Assembly: GCA_027339965.1 (NCBI GenBank)
Contig: DAHWNL010000017.1
Location: 1-39,260, forward strand
DNA length: 39,260 nt
Source of the DNA: Granulicella sp.
GTDB lineage: Bacteria > Acidobacteriota > Terriglobia > Terriglobales > Acidobacteriaceae
Direction: 5' to 3'
The position numbers were made by a program, and so were the translations under genes. A model generated the notes under the pieces. That model made no database searches, had not been told where the DNA came from, and saw only the letters and a program-made list of their open reading frames with translations. Of the stretch, positions 34,283-39,260 are shown piece by piece (the stretch's first letter is position 1; the number at the start of each line of letters is the position of its first letter).

Positions 34283-37249
34283 ATGCCTTCTCTTTGGACC
34301 CCCTCCTGTTGGCCTGAGCGTCTTGCAGAACTTGAAGCCCGAACCAGCCCCGCCAAGGAGGCTCCGTTACGGCGCGATGTGCGGTCTTTGGGATCGCTGC
34401 TTGGACAGGTATTGCGGGAGCAGCCTGGAGATGAGCTGTTTGGAGCCGTGGAGAGCCTGCGGCGGATCGCCATTGCGCGCCGTCAGGCCGATGCCAAGGG
34501 TGATGTGGAGGCGGCGGGAAGCTACCTGGAACAGGCGCAGTCGCTGGTCAAGGAGACCGCGCTGGATGCCCGGACAGCCTTCTTTCTGGCGCGGGCTTTC
34601 GCCTTCTACTTTGAACTGATCAACCTGGCGGAGACCAACCATCGCAAGCGCCGGCGGCGCTCGGCTCTGCTGAACCTGGGATCCAAGCCCCAGCGCGGCA
34701 GCCTGCGCGGGACGCTGCGCCGGCTGCGCGCCGCCGGGTTTTCGCGCGAGATCGTGATGACGCTGCTGGAGCGGATCTGCATCACGCCTGTCTTCACCGC
34801 GCATCCCACGGAGGTAGCCCGGCGCAGCGTGATGTTCAAGCGGCGCAGCATCTCCGACCTGCTGGAGAGGCTGGACGCCATCCCTCTCCCGGTGACGGAG
34901 CTGGAGGCTCTGGAGGCAGCGCTGCTGGCGGAGATCACCGCTCTGTGGCAGACCGATGAGGTGCGCCATGAACGGCCGACGGTCCGCGACGAGGTGAACA
35001 TGGCGCTGGATTACTATGATGCGTCCCTGTTCGCCACCATTCCGGTGCTGTATGCGGAGATCGCCAGCGCCCTGGACGCGGAGTTCCCCGCGCCGGAGCC
35101 GACTCAGTTGGCTGATCTGCCGATTCTGGTGCGATTCGGCTCCTGGATTGGCGGCGACCGCGACGGCAATCCGTTTGTGACGGCCGAGGCCACCCGGGAG
35201 TCGCTGGCGCTCGCCCGCGAACTGGCGCACGACTACTATGTGACGAAGTTGACCGAACTGTTCAACCAGTTGGCCTCTTCCACCCGTCAGGCGCCCATCT
35301 CCGTAGAGCTGCGCCGTCGCCTGGCCGAGTATACGGAGATGCTGCGGGCCAACGGAGACGCTACGCCGTTTGACCGCTTCCCTAACGAGGCCGTGAGGAT
35401 GCAGATTGCTTGCATGAAGCTGCGGCTGGGCGGGCTGCAGGCCGTGTCCATGCATCGTGGCCTGGCGCTGCCGCTGGAGTCCAGCTTGCCCCGCTATCAA
35501 AAGGCCGAAGAGCTCATTGAAGATCTGACGTTGCTGCGCGAGTCTCTGGCGCTGAACCGGGGTCGCCGGCTGGCGGAGCACTTTGTGGATCCGCTGCTGC
35601 TGACCGTGCGGACCTTCGGCCTCCATCTGCAGACGCTGGATATTCGCCAACATGCGCGCGTGCATCAAGCGGCGCTGGCGGAGTTGAAGGCCAGTTCTCA
35701 GACAGTGGCCGCGGATGGCCTTCAGAAGGGCCCAAACAGCGCAGCGCAGATCCGCTCCGGCGAGGCCGGAGCCTCCCACGGCGAGCAGCCTCCAGAGCTG
35801 AGCGCGCAGACTCAGGAGGTTCTGGCTACCTTCCGCTCTCTTGCGGAACTCAAGCAGAACCTGCCGGCCACCATCGCCCAGTATGTCGTCTCCGGCGCGG
35901 CCTGCGTGGAGGATGCGCTGACGGTGCTGGAGCTGGCCCGTATGGGTGGAGTAGCCGTGGAGGGCGGAACCTGCGCCAACGGCGAGCGGGATCCTGGTCT
36001 GCAGCCGGTGCTGCTGTTCGAGTCCATCGAAGACCTGCGCCGGGCACCGGAGGTTTGCCGGGAGCTTTGGACCTCAGAGGTCTACAAGCCGCTGCTGAAG
36101 GCCTGGGGAGGACGCCAGGAGATGATGCTGGGCTACTCGGATTCCAACAAAGACGGAGGCATGATCACCAGCACCTGGGAGATATGGAAGGCGCATCGTG
36201 CGCTGCACGTGGTGGCCCGGGAGTGTGGCGTCAGCCTGCGCCTGTTCCACGGCCGCGGCGGCACGGTGGGACGCGGCGGAGGCCCCACCCATGGAGCCAT
36301 CTTTGCCCAGCCCCTGGAAAGCTTCAACGGTGAGCTGCGCATCACCGAGCAGGGCGAGGTGCTGAACTGGAAGTACAGCGACGTGGTGCTGGCGGAGCGC
36401 AACCTGGAGCTGATGATCGCTGCGGCGCTGGAGGCGCTGGCCCGGCCTGACATTCGGCCTCGGGAAGCCGGGGAGGGTGAAGCCGCGAGCGCGACCCGGA
36501 AGCCGCGCCTCAGTGGCGAGATTTTGCCCGAGTGGGAGGCGGCCATGGAGGAGATCTCCGCCCTCTCGCTGGCCTTCTACACCGAGCACCTGCTGGAGAA
36601 TCCCGATGTCTACGCCTACTTTGAGCAGGCCACGCCGGTAGCCGAGCTGGAGCACGCCAGGATCGGTTCGCGGCCGGCCAAGCGCATGGATGCGAGCGCC
36701 TCGGGAGCATCGGCCAAGCAGCGCCGGCTGGCAGACCTGCGGGCGATTCCCTGGGTGTTTGGGTGGATGCAGTCACGGCACGTGGTGCCGGCGTACTTTG
36801 GGGTAGGTCACGCCCTGGAGGAGTACACCCGGCTCCATGAGAACGGCATGGCGCTGCTGCAAGAGATGGCGCAAGGGCTGCCCCTGTTTCTGGAGATTCT
36901 GCAGAATGTGGAGATTGCCATGGCCAAAGCGGACATGGGAATCGCCAGGCAGTACTCCATGCTGGTGACCGACGAGGCGCTGCGGGAGCGCGTGTTCAAC
37001 ATGCTGGAGGTGGAGTTCGAACGCACCCGGCGGATGGTGCTGGCGGTGGAGCAGCAGCCCGAGCTGCTGGAGAACAACCAGATGCTGGCCCACTCCATCC
37101 GGCTGCGCAACCCGTATGTGGACCCGCTCAGCCTGCTGCAACTGGAGATGCTGCGGCGCAAGCGCGCCGGGGAGAAGAGTGAAGAGCTGGATCGCGCCAT
37201 CACGGCCACAATCAATGGAATCAGCGCCGGGCTGAGAAACACCGGGTGA
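34283..37249 (+). CDS. ppc: Phosphoenolpyruvate carboxylase
   Basis: VFTAHPTE, FGSWIGGDRDGNPFVT, LDIRQ, MLGYSDSNKDGG, FHGRGGTVGRGGGP, RITEQGE, LRAIPWVF.W.QSR, RNPYVDPL, GLRNTG. Confidence 0.97.
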   Translation: MPSLWTPSCWPERLAELEARTSPAKEAPLRRDVRSLGSLLGQVLREQPGDELFGAVESLRRIAIARRQADAKGDVEAAGSYLEQAQSLVKETALDARTAFFLARAFAFYFELINLAETNHRKRRRRSALLNLGSKPQRGSLRGTLRRLRAAGFSREIVMTLLERICITPVFTAHPTEVARRSVMFKRRSISDLLERLDAIPLPVTELEALEAALLAEITALWQTDEVRHERPTVRDEVNMALDYYDASLFATIPVLYAEIASALDAEFPAPEPTQLADLPILVRFGSWIGGDRDGNPFVTAEATRESLALARELAHDYYVTKLTELFNQLASSTRQAPISVELRRRLAEYTEMLRANGDATPFDRFPNEAVRMQIACMKLRLGGLQAVSMHRGLALPLESSLPRYQKAEELIEDLTLLRESLALNRGRRLAEHFVDPLLLTVRTFGLHLQTLDIRQHARVHQAALAELKASSQTVAADGLQKGPNSAAQIRSGEAGASHGEQPPELSAQTQEVLATFRSLAELKQNLPATIAQYVVSGAACVEDALTVLELARMGGVAVEGGTCANGERDPGLQPVLLFESIEDLRRAPEVCRELWTSEVYKPLLKAWGGRQEMMLGYSDSNKDGGMITSTWEIWKAHRALHVVARECGVSLRLFHGRGGTVGRGGGPTHGAIFAQPLESFNGELRITEQGEVLNWKYSDVVLAERNLELMIAAALEALARPDIRPREAGEGEAASATRKPRLSGEILPEWEAAMEEISALSLAFYTEHLLENPDVYAYFEQATPVAELEHARIGSRPAKRMDASASGASAKQRRLADLRAIPWVFGWMQSRHVVPAYFGVGHALEEYTRLHENGMALLQEMAQGLPLFLEILQNVEIAMAKADMGIARQYSMLVTDEALRERVFNMLEVEFERTRRMVLAVEQQPELLENNQMLAHSIRLRNPYVDPLSLLQLEMLRRKRAGEKSEELDRAITATINGISAGLRNTG

Positions 37250-37427
37250 GAGCCTGAGGGTGAAGGCCAGGCCCGGGCCAAGGGCTCCGGGAGATCTTTG
37301 GCGCGAGTCTCCGCCGGGTTGCGGTGCAACCTCTGTCCGGTTTCGTGGCGCCCCGGCCCCGCGTTCCGGCCCCGCGGCCAGGATCGGCCTTCGGACAGGA
37401 GCAAAGATCCGGCCCGCCGCGGTTGCG

Positions 37428-38207
37428 CTATTTGGATGCAGGCGCCGCACTCTGGCCCGCCACAGGCACGGGCGTAATCGTCACCGCCTTGTCATTGACA
37501 AAGACGATGCGAATCGGATGGCCATTATTGTCAAAGAGCACCGTGCGGTTGCCGAGGTTGTTCGAGTCCGGGGTGGTCACTTCACCCAGTGACATCATGG
37601 CCTGGTTCTCGCTCATGCCCAAAACGGCCTGGTGCTTGTCGATCGCGGACCACATCGCCGGACCCCAAAAGCTATACAGCTTGTGCGGGTCGTCGTAGAA
37701 GAAGACGTTATCGTTGACGAAGTTATAGCTGCCGTTGCTGAAGTCGCCCACTGGGGTCGCATAGAGGGTTGTGGGATCAGAGGATGCGGGCAGGGTGAAG
37801 GCCAGTAACACTTGACGCTCACCCGCCGGGATACGGAAGACCGCAGGTCCGGAGGCCGGAGCCTTTTCTTCAAAGACACCTTTGATGAGCAGCGGCGTGG
37901 CGCCCAAAAGATTGCCCACAGGCTTGGCGTAGTCGACATGATTGCCGCGGTCGAGGTAGTAGGCCAGTTGCCCGCCGGCGCTCACCCACACCGTCTGGCC
38001 GATCAGGGAGCGCTGGTCTGCCAGCGAGTCCGGATACTTCTTGCGCAGGAAGACGTTATCGTCAGGATTCACAGGAATGTCCGCGTAGGGATTCTTGCGG
38101 ACCGGCCCGGCCTCATGATTTGCCCGGTAGATCAAGCCCACGCGTACGCCTACCATTAGCACCATCACGCTGGTGACGACGATGGCGATCTTCGGTCCAT
38201 TTTGCAT
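37428..38207 (-). CDS. Membrane-anchored or secreted hypothetical protein
   Basis: AAGGAG RBS, N-terminal hydrophobic helix, 259 aa, with C-terminal GMSENQAMMSLGE resembling SmpA/OmlA-like GMT..Q...LG motifs. Confidence 0.75.
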   Translation of the reverse strand: MQNGPKIAIVVTSVMVLMVGVRVGLIYRANHEAGPVRKNPYADIPVNPDDNVFLRKKYPDSLADQRSLIGQTVWVSAGGQLAYYLDRGNHVDYAKPVGNLLGATPLLIKGVFEEKAPASGPAVFRIPAGERQVLLAFTLPASSDPTTLYATPVGDFSNGSYNFVNDNVFFYDDPHKLYSFWGPAMWSAIDKHQAVLGMSENQAMMSLGEVTTPDSNNLGNRTVLFDNNGHPIRIVFVNDKAVTITPVPVAGQSAAPASK

Positions 38208-38489
38208 CGAGAATTCTCTCCTTCTTGTAAGAGACTAGCGTAGAACAAAAAAAGGTTGCCGGAGGATATGCGGGAGCTTCCGGCCGGCGCAGGATCATCG
38301 TGATGCGTCCGGCCCGAAAGATCTGGCCGGTGGGTGCCTCATCCAATCCATCTTTGCAGTTTTGGGCGGAAGAGCCTGGACAGTTCCTGTCCGCCAACGG
38401 TCGACGGCTCTATCCGGCCCAACTTCCTCCCATGCCTATGCTGCTGTGTTGAGCGCACAGGTGTAACCGCTCCCGGCATGATCGTTTGT

Positions 38490-38786
38490 CGAGCATCACT
38501 GTAATGACCAGCACTTCGTCTTGTTCCAGGAGCGTAATCACCAGTTTAATCTGTTCTTGCGGTCCGGGGGCACGCCCTCAACTTTGCGGCGCCACTCCTG
38601 AAGGCGGACATCCAGTTCTGGTTCGTCGTAGATGATTCCTTTGCGGAGGACAAACTGCGCATCTGCTGGATCAACATCACGCTCCCAGCACCTCTGCGCA
38701 AAATGCGGATGATATGGCACGATGCCGGTCTTGAAGCACTCGCGCAGCGGTTTGAGAGCGTCCGATCCGCTGAGCCGTGGCGCCAT
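38490..38786 (-). pseudogene. Frameshifted DUF4258-family (putative RelE-like toxin) gene remnant
   Basis: HPHFAQRCWERDV...DAQFVLRKG.I...PE.....WR.KVEG. The frame stops at 38538-38540, while the typical tail QIKLVITLLEQDEVLVITVM continues in a shifted frame. Confidence 0.6.
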
Positions 38787-38851
38787 GCGTCTATGTGATA
38801 AGGAATCACGCAGACGCATGGTGTACATCGGGGAATCTCTGCCAAGGCCGC

Positions 38852-39260
38852 CTACGATCTCTGCCGTCCCGCAAACTTCCACGTCGACTCAATCTCGACG
38901 ACGCCCTTCTCGCCATAAGCCCAGTGCCGATAGCTCGACCCGGCCCACTCCTCCGGGTGCGCGACCAGATCGCGCGTATAGGGATTGCGATGAATGTACC
39001 GCCGCTTTTCGACACGCTTCTCGTCGGTAAAGACGTTGAAGTCATAGAACCGATGCTGCCAGAAGGGACGCAGCCGCATCCTGCGCGCTACCGAGACCTT
39101 CAGCGCCTGCATCACAACAGAAAGATCTCCTCGCGCCGGATCACTCACCAGGAGGTGGACGTGCTCGGGCATGACGACGTAGGAATCGATCTCGAACCCA
39201 TACTTCACTCGCGCCACCTCCAGACATCGCTCAAAGATCAGCCGCGACTCCGGCGAGGCG
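38852..39260 (-). mobile_element. REP-associated tyrosine (Y1/HUH) transposase, RAYT / IS200-like; 5' end lies beyond the window
   Basis: YVVMPEHVHLL (HUH), FWQ.RFYDFNV, EK.RYIHRNP (catalytic Tyr), LV..PE.W..SSY. The frame is open to the window end. Confidence 0.88.

Noticed and set aside
37280..37415. Imperfect long hairpin (gatctttg/caaagatc, ctgtccg/cggacag) between convergent ppc and the hypothetical gene
   Set aside because: Single copy, short stems in GC-rich DNA and no U-tract; cannot be assigned as an element or terminator.
3379..39260. The 116-bp repeats as REP/REPIN substrates of the RAYT transposase
   Set aside because: No copy flanks the RAYT gene within the window, and TIRs with TA ends fit a DDE-mobilised MITE better. 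Only a short caggtgtaac match at about 38458 was seen, too short to count.

Overview
GC-rich bacterial chromosomal segment. Gene content and protein style suggest Acidobacteriota (Terriglobia); this is inferred, not searched. In order it contains: the end of a xanthine-dehydrogenase/PaoABC-type molybdoenzyme operon with a small Cys-rich ORF; a PEP-CTERM gene behind a sigma-54-type promoter; an EmrB-type MFS; mutM-thiE-yceD-rpmF-plsX; a DnaC-like ATPase; rpmE; dusB; a large PD-(D/E)XK-type protein; yfiT; DUF1906-tldD-pmbA; a truncated UvrC-like gene; rpe; bamD; a hybrid biosynthetic operon trpB-trpA-chorismate mutase-aroF-proB-proA-tyrA; an outer-membrane protein; panE; ppc; a frameshifted DUF4258 toxin remnant; and a RAYT-type transposase cut by the window end. 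Two non-obvious signals stand out. (1) A complete unannotated ribosome-mediated attenuator (promoter, near-leaderless 24-aa leader peptide MKLLYSPRFTPSLRYWPWPAASVE, antiterminator, terminator) precedes the aromatic-plus-proline operon, and its Phe/Tyr/Trp/Pro codons mirror the operon's products. (2) Three diverged copies of a 115-116 bp TA-flanked MITE-like element share terminal inverted repeats and a covarying internal hairpin. No tRNA, rRNA or CRISPR array was seen.
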